DNA of 64,000 nucleotides from Prochlorococcus sp. AG-402-B19 (lineage in GTDB: Bacteria; Cyanobacteriota; Cyanobacteriia; PCC-6307; Cyanobiaceae), in contig QCHM01000003.1 of the NCBI GenBank assembly GCA_003279615.1, positions 12,908 to 76,907 of the forward strand, given 5' to 3'. The notes under the pieces were generated by a model. That model was not told the DNA's origin and searched no databases. It saw only the letters and a program-made list of their open reading frames with translations. The translations under genes were made by a program, and so were the position numbers. Below, in pieces: positions 20,934 to 30,489 of the stretch (its first letter is position 1; the number at the start of each line of letters is the position of its first letter).

Positions 20934-21089
20934 ATGTCTAAAAGAAGAAATCTTAAGAAAGAAAAGCAAGAAAGAAATCGTGCATATGCAAGGAAATTCA
21001 AGAAGCGTAAGCTTCGTAATGATGGAAGAGGTGAGGGAGCAGGTAATGGTGTGACTGGTACTGCAAATAATGGCGGAGCAGCTGATTAA
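20934..21089 (+). CDS. Small, very basic protein, 51 aa (not in ORF track)
   Basis: Hand translation: MSKRRNLKKEKQERNRAYARKFKKRKLRNDGRGEGAGNGVTGTANNGGAAD*. More GC-rich than the flanking intergenic DNA. Confidence 0.8.
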   Translation: MSKRRNLKKEKQERNRAYARKFKKRKLRNDGRGEGAGNGVTGTANNGGAAD

Positions 21090-21178
21090 TAATCTTTATT
21101 CAAACCTTAATATATTTTTTTTAATTCCTTATAATTTAAAGTGTTTAAAGAAATTTTTTAATTTGTTTTTAATTTAGG

Positions 21179-22111
21179 ATGTTAGTAAGCGTAGTTATAC
21201 CGACTTACAATAGACTCCCGATACTAAAAAAGTGTCTGGAAGCATTAGAAAATCAAATTTTCGTAGATGTAATTTACGATTACGAGATCGTAATTGTTGA
21301 TGATGACTCAACTGATGGGACAACTGATTGGTTAAAAACTAATATTGAGGCTTTTCCTCATTTAAGAATTTTCAAACAAACCCATGGAGGCCCTGCTCAA
21401 GCAAGAAATCTTGGAGTTGAGAAGTCAAATGGTGAATTAATAGTATTTATTGATAGCGATCTTGTGGTTGATAAGTATTTTTTGTTGAGTCATGTTCGTT
21501 CTTTAACTAAAATATGGAAGAAAAATGGAAATAGAAAATGCTTTACATACGGATCAGTAATTAATACCTCTGATTTTAATAATCCAAAGTCAGAACCCTT
21601 TAAACTCCAAGACTTGTCTTGGGCTTACTTTGCTACAGGTAATGTTGCTATTGATAAAAAGGTTTTAGAAAGATCAGGTCTTTTTGATACGTCTTTTAGG
21701 TTATATGGTTGGGAAGATTTGGAATTGGGTGAAAGACTAAGGAATATGGGAGTCAAGCTTATTAAATGTCCACAAGCAATTGGATATCATTGGCATCCAG
21801 CATTAGCCCTAGATCAAATTCCTCATTTGATTCGAGTAGAAAAGGAGAGAGCAAAAATGGGATTGGTTTTTTATCGTAAACATCCAACTTTGAGAGTTAA
21901 ATTTATTATTCAATACACGTTTATTCATCTTTTTCTTTGGGAAGTTTTAACTCTTGGTGGACTTATTAATACCAAGACACTTAGACCTCTTTTAGCTTTT
22001 CTAATCAGAAATGGTCAATCTGGTCTGGCTATGGAATTACTAAGGCTCCCTCTTAATTTGATTGGAGTGAGACAAATTTTTAGAGAAGCATCATTAATAG
22101 GACTTCGATGA
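21179..22111 (+). CDS. Glycosyltransferase family 2
   Basis: SVVIPTYN, VDD-x-S-x-D, FIDSD and YGWEDLELG motifs. Confidence 0.92.
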   Translation: MLVSVVIPTYNRLPILKKCLEALENQIFVDVIYDYEIVIVDDDSTDGTTDWLKTNIEAFPHLRIFKQTHGGPAQARNLGVEKSNGELIVFIDSDLVVDKYFLLSHVRSLTKIWKKNGNRKCFTYGSVINTSDFNNPKSEPFKLQDLSWAYFATGNVAIDKKVLERSGLFDTSFRLYGWEDLELGERLRNMGVKLIKCPQAIGYHWHPALALDQIPHLIRVEKERAKMGLVFYRKHPTLRVKFIIQYTFIHLFLWEVLTLGGLINTKTLRPLLAFLIRNGQSGLAMELLRLPLNLIGVRQIFREASLIGLR

Positions 22112-22146
22112 TCCATTGTTTGTTAGATTGGTAAAGCAAATTCAAA

Positions 22147-22240
22147 CCGCACACCTGACTGTTTCGGGTGATAAATAAATATTGTTTTTTTAATTCAATA
22201 TTTAAGTTATCCCTGTTGGGTGGAGGCGAACCCGGAACCC
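22147..22240 (+). ncRNA. rpsB 5' leader (t44/S2 autoregulatory element)
   Basis: CACCTGAC (22152-59) can pair with GTTGGGTG (22215-22). TTTCGGGT (22162-69) can pair with ACCCGGAA (22230-37). Conserved TGGAGGC..AACCC lies just before the rpsB ATG. Confidence 0.78.
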
Positions 22241-22249
22241 ACAAAAAAC

Positions 22250-22942
22250 ATGGCTGTAGTTTCTCTCTCAGAGATGATGGAAGCTGGTGCTCACTTTGGG
22301 CATCAGACAAGAAGATGGAATCCCAAGATGTCTCGCTACATCTATTCCGCTCGAAATGGAGTTCATATTATTGATCTTGTTAAAACTGCTGTTTGTATGA
22401 ACAGTGCATATAAATGGACTCGTGGAGCAGCACGAAGTGGAAAGAGATTCCTTTTTGTAGGTACTAAAAAACAAGCTTCTGAAGTAGTTGCTCAAGAAGC
22501 TATTAGGTGCGGCGCTTCATACGTTAATCAAAGATGGTTGGGAGGCATGCTTACAAATTGGACAACCATGAAAGCTAGAATTGACCGCCTAAAAGATCTT
22601 GAAAGAATGGAATCTAGTGGTGCTATTGCGATGCGCCCCAAAAAGGAAGGGGCTGTACTACGTAGAGAATTAGAAAGATTGCAAAAATATTTAGGTGGAT
22701 TGAAAGGGATGAGACGCTTGCCTGATGTTGTCGTTTTAGTTGATCAAAGGAGAGAGACAAATGCTGTTTTAGAGGCTCGAAAACTCGATATTCCATTGGT
22801 ATCAATGCTTGATACTAATTGTGACCCAGATCTTTGTGAAATCCCTATCCCATGCAATGATGATGCTGTTCGATCAGTTCAACTTGTTTTGGGTAGATTG
22901 GCTGATGCTATTAATGAAGGAAGACATGGAACTAATGATTAG
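22250..22942 (+). CDS. rpsB: 30S ribosomal protein S2
   Basis: [23 protein letters not shown] and DTNCDP motifs. ATG at 22250 (MAVVSL). Confidence 0.98.
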   Translation: MAVVSLSEMMEAGAHFGHQTRRWNPKMSRYIYSARNGVHIIDLVKTAVCMNSAYKWTRGAARSGKRFLFVGTKKQASEVVAQEAIRCGASYVNQRWLGGMLTNWTTMKARIDRLKDLERMESSGAIAMRPKKEGAVLRRELERLQKYLGGLKGMRRLPDVVVLVDQRRETNAVLEARKLDIPLVSMLDTNCDPDLCEIPIPCNDDAVRSVQLVLGRLADAINEGRHGTND

Positions 22943-22998
22943 TTAGCCTTATTATTAAAAGAATCTATTTACCTTATTTTTTACTATTTCTAAATTAA

Positions 22999-23655
22999 AT
23001 GTCGGAAATAACAGCTCAACTCGTTAAACAATTGCGAGACAAAACATCTGCAGGAATGATGGACTGCAAAAAAGCCCTTATTGAGAATAAGGGCGATATG
23101 GAAAAGTCTATTGAGTGGCTAAGACAAAAAGGAATTGCTAGCGCTGAAAAGAAATCAGGAAGAGTTGCTGCTGAAGGTGCCGTAGGAAGTTATATACATA
23201 CGGGTTCTCGAGTAGGTGTCCTTCTAGAGTTAAATTGTGAAACCGATTTTGTAGCTAGAGGAGATTTATTTCAAGGACTTTTGAGAGATTTGTCTATGCA
23301 AGTTGCAGCTTGTCCAAGTGTTGAATATGTAAGCGTTGATCAAATCCCTGAGTCAATTGCTAGCAAAGAGAAAGAAATAGAAATGGGAAGAGATGACCTC
23401 TCAGGTAAACCAGATCAAATAAAAGCTAAAATTGTAGAAGGAAGAATTGGAAAAAGATTAAAAGAAATGGCACTCCTTGAGCAGCCATTCATAAAAGATA
23501 GTTCAATCAATGTTGAAGAACTTGTAAAGCAAGTTGCTGGTAAAATTGGCGAAAATGTAAGGGTTCGTAGATTTACTAGATATACTCTTGGAGAAGGAAT
23601 TGAGGTCGAAGGACCCGATTTCGCAGAAGAAGTTGCATCTATGACTTCAGGCTGA
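22999..23655 (+). CDS. tsf: Elongation factor Ts
   Basis: [14 protein letters not shown] and [10 protein letters not shown] motifs. Confidence 0.98.
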   Translation: MSEITAQLVKQLRDKTSAGMMDCKKALIENKGDMEKSIEWLRQKGIASAEKKSGRVAAEGAVGSYIHTGSRVGVLLELNCETDFVARGDLFQGLLRDLSMQVAACPSVEYVSVDQIPESIASKEKEIEMGRDDLSGKPDQIKAKIVEGRIGKRLKEMALLEQPFIKDSSINVEELVKQVAGKIGENVRVRRFTRYTLGEGIEVEGPDFAEEVASMTSG

Positions 23656-23657
23656 CC

Positions 23658-24857
23658 TTGTCTAATAATAAGCATTTTATAGATTCTAATTTTGATCCTT
23701 TAGATCAATTAAGTTTGCTTAAAGAAAAATGTAATAATATATCTTCTCATTTATATAGGGTTAATTATTTATATCTTGAGGAAATAAGAAAGTTTCTACC
23801 ACAAGCTATAAGGACTTCATTATTATCTCTTATTACCGATAGATTAGGTAATAATTTTGGATTCTCAACAGTAACTTCAAGAAAAAGATTCCAGCTGAAA
23901 ATTGATAAATTAGTTTCAGATAATATATCGTTTATAACGATTGAGCATTTAAATGAATTAGCAAAAAAAATTGATGAAGAACATATTCGTCATATAAATA
24001 ATGCTAAAGATGAAATAGAAAATGCTCTAAATATGAAAAATAATCCTGAAAAATCAGAAGAATCAAATGGAGTTAATTCAATTAATATAAGTACTCTTCC
24101 GCCAATTGATAACTTATCAATAATTGAGGGTTGGAATGGCGAAGTAAAAGCTCCTTATTTAATAGAAGATAAGTATTCTCCGATTAAATTTACTATTAAT
24201 GAAAGTGATTATTTTCTTGAAAATAATTATAATGAAGATGAGTCCTTAAAAGATAGTAATAAAAGTTTTGATACTTTTAATTTAAAAAATAATGATATTG
24301 AAATTTTACAATCAGTATTTGCTTTGCATGAGGATTCTCAACTAAGTGATTTAGATTCATCAACAGAGGATTCTTCTCCTAAATCTAATTTTTATCAAGA
24401 TTTAAAAAATAATCGTTTAATGCCTCAATCACCAATAGGCTTGCATGAGTGGATGATATCTATAGATTTAGCTTTAGCTAGAAGATTACGTGACCTTTCG
24501 CATTCCATTAATACAGAACTTTTAAAGTCAGGGTTGGTTAACACACTTGTTCCAATTAATATTTTAGACGCTGTTTTGGCTGGTCAATTGAGTTCCTCTA
24601 AATCTATATCCAATATTCTTACTTTGAAATTACCAACGAATAGTTCATTAGGTTCTGGAGGAATAGATATTGATTGCTTGCTAATTACTCCATCTGATAT
24701 GGAATTTGATAATCCAAGACTTAGAAAAAACAGAAGTCATATAAAACATTATCATAATGTAGTTTTGAGCATGATTAAGCAACAAAGATACTGGCAAGGT
24801 CGCTCTATAGCACAAGAGGTTAATAAAGAATGGTGGAAAGATACAACAAAAATATAA
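23658..24857 (+). CDS. Conserved hypothetical protein between tsf and recG
   Basis: 399-aa ORF with structured-looking termini (RRLRDLSHSINTELL, QQRYWQ) and an N/S/D-rich low-complexity middle. Confidence 0.75.
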   Translation: MSNNKHFIDSNFDPLDQLSLLKEKCNNISSHLYRVNYLYLEEIRKFLPQAIRTSLLSLITDRLGNNFGFSTVTSRKRFQLKIDKLVSDNISFITIEHLNELAKKIDEEHIRHINNAKDEIENALNMKNNPEKSEESNGVNSINISTLPPIDNLSIIEGWNGEVKAPYLIEDKYSPIKFTINESDYFLENNYNEDESLKDSNKSFDTFNLKNNDIEILQSVFALHEDSQLSDLDSSTEDSSPKSNFYQDLKNNRLMPQSPIGLHEWMISIDLALARRLRDLSHSINTELLKSGLVNTLVPINILDAVLAGQLSSSKSISNILTLKLPTNSSLGSGGIDIDCLLITPSDMEFDNPRLRKNRSHIKHYHNVVLSMIKQQRYWQGRSIAQEVNKEWWKDTTKI

Positions 24858-27370
24858 CCAGTAACGATTCAATAACCTCTGCTGACAGCCAACCAGCTGA
24901 ACTAATCTGTTGGATTCGTTCTTTACAACAAGCTTTAACAGTTGAAGTTGAACATGGGTTTTCGAATATTCAAGGTAGGACAGCTAAATTTTCTTCGTTT
25001 GTATCTGGTTTTATATTAACTTACCCTTCTAAAGCGCTTCCTGCCCATGAAATTTCTAAATTAAAAAAATTGGCATTGAATTATGACGAATATTCATCAA
25101 TGTCTAAAGATCTTAGACGTAGAGTGATTGTACAAACAAGACAGTCTCTGCACAATTTATATCAATATCAAGAAGTGGACGAGAGAAAAAATTCATTTAA
25201 TTTGAAAATAAGAAAAGCAAATAGTTTTAATTTATCTAATAACAGTTCTTTATCAAAGTCATTAAGCTTAGAAAGTTCAATATCAACCATTAAAGGTGTT
25301 GGCCCAAAACAGGCTGAAAGATTATCTGGATTAGGTCTTTTTTTAATTAAAGATCTTATAAATTATTTTCCTCGTGATTATGTCGATTACACTGAATTGA
25401 AAACTATTGAAAAAACGCAAGTTGGTCAAAATGTAACGATAGTAGCCAAAATTAGACGATGTAGTTCCTTTAAAAGCCCGAAAAACCCAAATCTATCAAT
25501 CTTAGAGTTGTTTGTTAAAGATAAGACAGGAGGCATAAAAGTAACTAGATTTCTTGCAGGTCGTCGCAGTAGCAGTATTGCGTATGTGAAATCTCAACAA
25601 AGTCTATTTCCTGTTGGTGCGACTGTTGCGGTAAGCGGATTAGTCAAAGAAAGTAGATATGGTAAATCAATACATGATCCTCTAATAGAAATTATTGAAA
25701 GTCCAAATAGTTTTTTGAAGTCTAGAACTATTGGCCAAATATTTCCTGTTTATTCTTTAACTGATGGGATTACGGCTGACAAATTTAGGGATCTAATACA
25801 ATCGATTCTTTATTTGACATCTGAGATTGAAGATTCAATCTCGTTTGACATTTTAAATAGACTAGATCTGCCTTCTAAGAAACAAGCTTTTTTTCATATT
25901 CATAATCCTGAAAATTCAAAAACTTTAGCAAAAGCAAGAAGAAGAATTGTATTTGAAGAGTTTTTATTATTACAGCTTAGTCTTCTATTAAAACGTGAAT
26001 TATATAAGAAAAGCAATTCTCCTCAGCTAAGTATTGAGTTAAATAGTAAGAGTCTCGTTGGAAAATTTTTAAATATTCTCCCTTTCTCTCTAACAAGTGC
26101 TCAAAAAAGAGTCTTGAAGGAAATCGAGGCAGACATAGTCAAACCTGAGCCAATGTCTCGCTTATTGCAAGGTGATGTCGGTAGTGGAAAAACTGTTATC
26201 GCTATTTCAGCTCTCCTCACTGCAGTTCAATCTGGCTGGCAGGGTGCTTTTATGGCACCAACTGAGGTTCTCGCTACACAACATTTTCAAACACTAAATA
26301 AATGGATCCCTCAGCTTGAGTTAAATGTTGATCTTTTAACAGGTTCAACATCAAAGTCTCGACGTAAACAAATTCTTACTGATTTAATAAATGGCTCTAC
26401 AAATATCCTTGTTGGGACTCATGCATTATTTGAAGATCCAGTTGTATTTGAACGACTTGGTTTAGTAGTTGTAGATGAGCAACATCGTTTTGGTGTCAAT
26501 CAAAGGAATAAACTTTTGAATAAAGGCTTACAACCTCACTTGCTAACTATGACTGCTACACCCATTCCTAGAACCTTAGCTCTTACTTTGCATGGTGATC
26601 TTGATGTTAGTCAACTAGATGAGCTTCCACCTGGGCGAACTCCTATCAGTACTCAGCTTATTTCCCCTAAGGATAAACAGTATGCATATGATCTAATCAG
26701 GAGTGAGATTAACAAAGGACATCAAATTTATGTAGTTCTACCTTTAATTGAAGAATCTGAGAAACTTGAGCTTAGTTCAGCAGTAGACGTACATACTCAA
26801 TTATCTACTGAAACTTTCCCCGATTTTACTGTTGATCTACTTCATGGCAAAATGAAGAGTGTAGAAAAGCATGAGGTCATTCAGAATTTTCTTACTAAAA
26901 AAAGCGATATACTGGTTTCTACTACGGTTATAGAAGTAGGTGTTGATGTTCCAAATGCTAGTGTGATGCTAATAGAGGATTCTGATCATTTTGGACTTGC
27001 TCAATTGCATCAATTAAGGGGTCGAGTTGGTAGGGGAGCCTCCAAATCTTACTGTCTCCTAAGCCATCAAAATAAAAACAAATTATCTCGACAAAGATTG
27101 GAAGTTTTAGCGAATTCTAATGATGGGTTCGAAATTTCTGAAATTGATTTGCGTTTTCGTGGGCCTGGACAAGTCTTAGGTACAAAACAATCAGGGTTGC
27201 CTGATTTTGCTCTTGCATCATTAGCTGATGATGCAGATGTACTTGAACTTGCAAGAAATGAGGCTCGTAATATTTTAGATTCCGATCCCTTGCTTAAAAC
27301 TAATTCAAAGCTTCGATTACTAATAAAAGAACAGTGGGATAAACTAAAAATTCGGAATAAATTAAATTGA
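24830..27370 (+). CDS. recG: ATP-dependent DNA helicase RecG
   Basis: RLLQGDVGSGKT, DEQHRFG, MTATPIPRT, QLHQLRGRVGRG and GTKQSG motifs. Confidence 0.96.
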   Translation: MVERYNKNITSNDSITSADSQPAELICWIRSLQQALTVEVEHGFSNIQGRTAKFSSFVSGFILTYPSKALPAHEISKLKKLALNYDEYSSMSKDLRRRVIVQTRQSLHNLYQYQEVDERKNSFNLKIRKANSFNLSNNSSLSKSLSLESSISTIKGVGPKQAERLSGLGLFLIKDLINYFPRDYVDYTELKTIEKTQVGQNVTIVAKIRRCSSFKSPKNPNLSILELFVKDKTGGIKVTRFLAGRRSSSIAYVKSQQSLFPVGATVAVSGLVKESRYGKSIHDPLIEIIESPNSFLKSRTIGQIFPVYSLTDGITADKFRDLIQSILYLTSEIEDSISFDILNRLDLPSKKQAFFHIHNPENSKTLAKARRRIVFEEFLLLQLSLLLKRELYKKSNSPQLSIELNSKSLVGKFLNILPFSLTSAQKRVLKEIEADIVKPEPMSRLLQGDVGSGKTVIAISALLTAVQSGWQGAFMAPTEVLATQHFQTLNKWIPQLELNVDLLTGSTSKSRRKQILTDLINGSTNILVGTHALFEDPVVFERLGLVVVDEQHRFGVNQRNKLLNKGLQPHLLTMTATPIPRTLALTLHGDLDVSQLDELPPGRTPISTQLISPKDKQYAYDLIRSEINKGHQIYVVLPLIEESEKLELSSAVDVHTQLSTETFPDFTVDLLHGKMKSVEKHEVIQNFLTKKSDILVSTTVIEVGVDVPNASVMLIEDSDHFGLAQLHQLRGRVGRGASKSYCLLSHQNKNKLSRQRLEVLANSNDGFEISEIDLRFRGPGQVLGTKQSGLPDFALASLADDADVLELARNEARNILDSDPLLKTNSKLRLLIKEQWDKLKIRNKLN

Positions 27371-27472
27371 TTTTTTGATATGTTGTAACTATTGAACTCA
27401 TTTGTTTTTATCGTTAGAATTAATTTAAAAAATTTTTTCTATTGAAAGTTCTTACTCATATTTTCTACAAAC

Positions 27473-28228
27473 ATGAAGTTGAAACCTTGGAATAATATAA
27501 AAATAAATGAATGTAATGAGCCTTTGATTTCTATACCAGAAAACATATTTCGATTAACACCACATCCTTACATGTCGTTAGGTGCTCCATATTCTAATGG
27601 ATCAGATCCATGGGTTTTACGTAGTAGTGTTTTAAAAAGATTAATGCAAGCGCAGCAATATCTTTCCGATATTAATCCCCAATTACAGTTGGCTTTGTTT
27701 GATGCTTGGAGACCTATTGCGGTCCAGAAATTTATGTTTAATTACACTATTCAGGAAACTTGTAGGTTGAAGGGGATTGATATTAATGATATCTCAGCAA
27801 ATGGAGACATTGCTAATGTAATCGATGAGGTTGGTCGTTTCTGGGCGAACCCCTCTTCTGATCCTCTTACACCACCTCCCCACAGTACTGGTTCAGCTAT
27901 TGATTTGACTCTTTCTGACATGTCAGGCAATCCATTAGATCTAGGGGGAGAAATTGATTTTATCGGGGCTGAATCAAGTCCTGACTTTTATAAAAAAGAC
28001 TTACCAAGGATGTCTTGTTCAAAACATCTAGTTTTTCATAATAGAAGATCTCTTCTGTTTTCGGTTATGTCACAGGCTGGATTTGTACAACACCCAAACG
28101 AGTGGTGGCATTTTAGTTATGGAGATCAATTATGGTCTTGGTTAAGCAATCAAGGCAATGCTATTTATGGAGCAGCATTCGAGGTGAGTAAAGACATTAC
28201 GTCTTCAGTGCCAATTTTAGTCACATGA
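27473..28228 (+). CDS. ddpX: D-Ala-D-Ala dipeptidase (M15D, VanX/DdpX-like)
   Basis: DAWRP, PPHSTGSAIDLT and EWWHFS motifs. Confidence 0.85.
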   Translation: MKLKPWNNIKINECNEPLISIPENIFRLTPHPYMSLGAPYSNGSDPWVLRSSVLKRLMQAQQYLSDINPQLQLALFDAWRPIAVQKFMFNYTIQETCRLKGIDINDISANGDIANVIDEVGRFWANPSSDPLTPPPHSTGSAIDLTLSDMSGNPLDLGGEIDFIGAESSPDFYKKDLPRMSCSKHLVFHNRRSLLFSVMSQAGFVQHPNEWWHFSYGDQLWSWLSNQGNAIYGAAFEVSKDITSSVPILVT

Positions 28229-30309
28229 TCTCCAAAACTTGATGAAGTCCCAGTATTTTTCCAGCTAAGGAATAATGGCTCTAATGTTTTCTCCAATTCA
28301 TTGATAGACATTTTTTGTAAATAGGGTGTTGCTAATCTTTTTAAGTTTCTACTACCACCTAGCCATAGTTGGTATTGATTTAAACCACTACCAACTAGAG
28401 CTAATTCTGCCATGTATGGGCGAGCACATCCATTTGGACAGCCAGTTACTCTGATTAAGATTGATTTATTGATTTCTAGGGTTTTTAGTTGATTATTTAT
28501 TCGTTCCAATAGCTCTGGTAAAAATCTCTCTGCTTCTGTCATTGCAAGTCCACATAATGGAAGAGCTGGACAAGCTATGGCATGCTTGGCCAATGGATCT
28601 GGACTTCCTGGATCAGAAAAACCAATATTATCTAGTGCATTCTTCACACTAGTTTTTTGGTAATTTCCGATATTGCATAATAGAAGATCTTGATTGGGAG
28701 TTAAACGAACATCCAATGCAAATTTTTCGACTATATTTCTGATCTCCTTCTTTACCTTTCCTGTAAGCCTACCTGATAACAGTGGTAGACCAACAAAATA
28801 TAGATTCTTAGATTGTTGGTGCCAGCCTAAATAATCTTCAAGTATTGTTTCGCCTTCGTACTTAAGGGTGTTAATTGGTTTTTTAAAATATTTAGTTGTT
28901 AATTGCTTCTTAAACCAATCCACCCCCATGTCATGTAAAACATATTTAAGTCTTGAATGCCTTCTCGTTTTTCGATCTCCATAATCTCTTTGAAGAGCGA
29001 GTATAGATTGTACAAGTTCTAAGATGTATTTACCTTCTACATAACCAATTGGATCAGCTATTCTAGCAAATGTCGTATCTAAGTTATGTGTTCTACCCAT
29101 GCCTCCTCCCACATAGACATTACATCCTTCTAGAACGCCTTTTTTATTTGTGAAAGTTACTAAACCTATGTCATGAGTAAGAATATCAACAGAGTTATCC
29201 CCGGGGACTGTAGTTGCACATTTGAATTTTCTTGGTAAATAGGTTGCACCATATAAAGGTTCTTTTTTATCTCCACTAAAAACTCCAGGATTTAGTTGCA
29301 GCTTTCTGTTCCTCTTGACTTCAGAAGAAGGCTTGATTGCATATTTCATTTCTCCATCAACCCACAAATCAATGTATGTTTTCTCTGCTGTCTTGGGAGA
29401 TAAGACATCGGCAATATCATTAGCTAATTTTCTGGCAGCAGGATAAGAACCAGTTTCGTAGGGAGCTGCGGGAGCCATTACATTTCTGTTGACGTCTCCA
29501 CAAGCTGCCAGTGTGGATCCCATCGACTTCACTATTTTTCCTATTACTTCTTTAATATTCCCTTTTTTTATTCCATGCATTTGGAAACATTGACGAGTTG
29601 TTGCTCTAAGCGTTTTATTACCTAGTCGATCAGAGAGATCATCTAATGCTACAAACAGGGGGCCAGGCACCAAACCAGCTGGATTTCTTAGCCTCAGCAT
29701 CATTTGCCAATCTTTACCTGTGCCGCCTTTTTTTCTATGTTCCCGATCATCTTGTTGATAACTACCATGGAATTTTAAAAGTTGTACTGCGTCGTTTGTA
29801 AAGTGATCGCTCTCGTTTAATAATTCACTTTGTAGGGGTTCGTTTAAGTAATTACTATCGGCTTTAAATTGTTCAAATTTCGCTCGAGGAGAATTATTAG
29901 CTATACAAGGTGAAGTCACAACTTTTTCAATTTCTTCAACATTTGAACTTCCATTTTCATCAAAATTCATTAGAGCTTCAATAGCTGCATGACTAAATCC
30001 AGCATCTTTTAAGTCCTTTTCTATGTTTTTTGGTGATTCTTTTGAATTACTATCCTTAATCGCCTCGAGTCTTATTCCCTTAGGCAATGATTTGTTTATT
30101 TGCTTTGCCTCTTCTTCTCTTAGCTTTTCATCGAATTTTTGTTGAATAGCTATTTCTGCTGAGCTTATGTTCTCTTCTGCTTCCTCTTTAGTGTTACCTA
30201 TCTTTTTAACTACATCACATGTTCCTAAGGCATCTCTCAATTTACCTCTCGGCACAGCAACCCTGAGGTAAAAACCCGATCTTCCAGGTATTTGTATGAT
30301 CTTAGGCAC
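28165..30309 (-). CDS. sir: Ferredoxin-dependent sulfite reductase with a 113-aa N-terminal extension (alternative internal ATG at 29970)
   Basis: LKFHGSYQQD, TTRQ, ACGDVNRN, YLPRKFK, and siroheme/4Fe-4S ligands CPALPLC and TGCPNGC. Confidence in the enzyme call is high; the start site is uncertain. Confidence 0.93.
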   Translation of the reverse strand: MPKIIQIPGRSGFYLRVAVPRGKLRDALGTCDVVKKIGNTKEEAEENISSAEIAIQQKFDEKLREEEAKQINKSLPKGIRLEAIKDSNSKESPKNIEKDLKDAGFSHAAIEALMNFDENGSSNVEEIEKVVTSPCIANNSPRAKFEQFKADSNYLNEPLQSELLNESDHFTNDAVQLLKFHGSYQQDDREHRKKGGTGKDWQMMLRLRNPAGLVPGPLFVALDDLSDRLGNKTLRATTRQCFQMHGIKKGNIKEVIGKIVKSMGSTLAACGDVNRNVMAPAAPYETGSYPAARKLANDIADVLSPKTAEKTYIDLWVDGEMKYAIKPSSEVKRNRKLQLNPGVFSGDKKEPLYGATYLPRKFKCATTVPGDNSVDILTHDIGLVTFTNKKGVLEGCNVYVGGGMGRTHNLDTTFARIADPIGYVEGKYILELVQSILALQRDYGDRKTRRHSRLKYVLHDMGVDWFKKQLTTKYFKKPINTLKYEGETILEDYLGWHQQSKNLYFVGLPLLSGRLTGKVKKEIRNIVEKFALDVRLTPNQDLLLCNIGNYQKTSVKNALDNIGFSDPGSPDPLAKHAIACPALPLCGLAMTEAERFLPELLERINNQLKTLEINKSILIRVTGCPNGCARPYMAELALVGSGLNQYQLWLGGSRNLKRLATPYLQKMSINELEKTLEPLFLSWKNTGTSSSFGDHVTKIGTEDVMSLLTSNAAP

Positions 30310-30335
30310 TGGTACCTACACTGGTACCTACACTG
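30307..30335. repeat. 12-bp tandem direct repeat (CACTGGTACCTA) x2 plus partial CACTG
   Basis: Copies at 30307-18 and 30319-30, partial at 30331-35. Each full copy contains the GGTACC palindrome; the array overlaps the GTG start of the long sir ORF. Confidence 0.95.
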
Positions 30336-30489
30336 TATCATTTCTCGTGTTTGTTAGTGTCTAATTGTTCAGATAAAGCCATGATTTATCAAAAATATAT
30401 TCATTGAATATTTAATTTTTTCTAGGACACAGAAAGTAGAAGTAATTCAAATTTAGATCTAATCTTGTGTAGAACATAAGGGAATTTTT

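Noticed and set aside
23658-24857. Low-complexity N/S/D-rich middle of the tsf-recG hypothetical protein as a possible insertion or intein
   Set aside because: No intein termini or repeats; looks like a disordered linker under AT bias.
30307-30489. Possible CRISPR array, tRNA/att site or intact integrative element next to the sir repeats
   Set aside because: The repeats are contiguous 12-mers with no spacers. No tRNA fragment, second att copy or integrase catalytic domain was found in the window.
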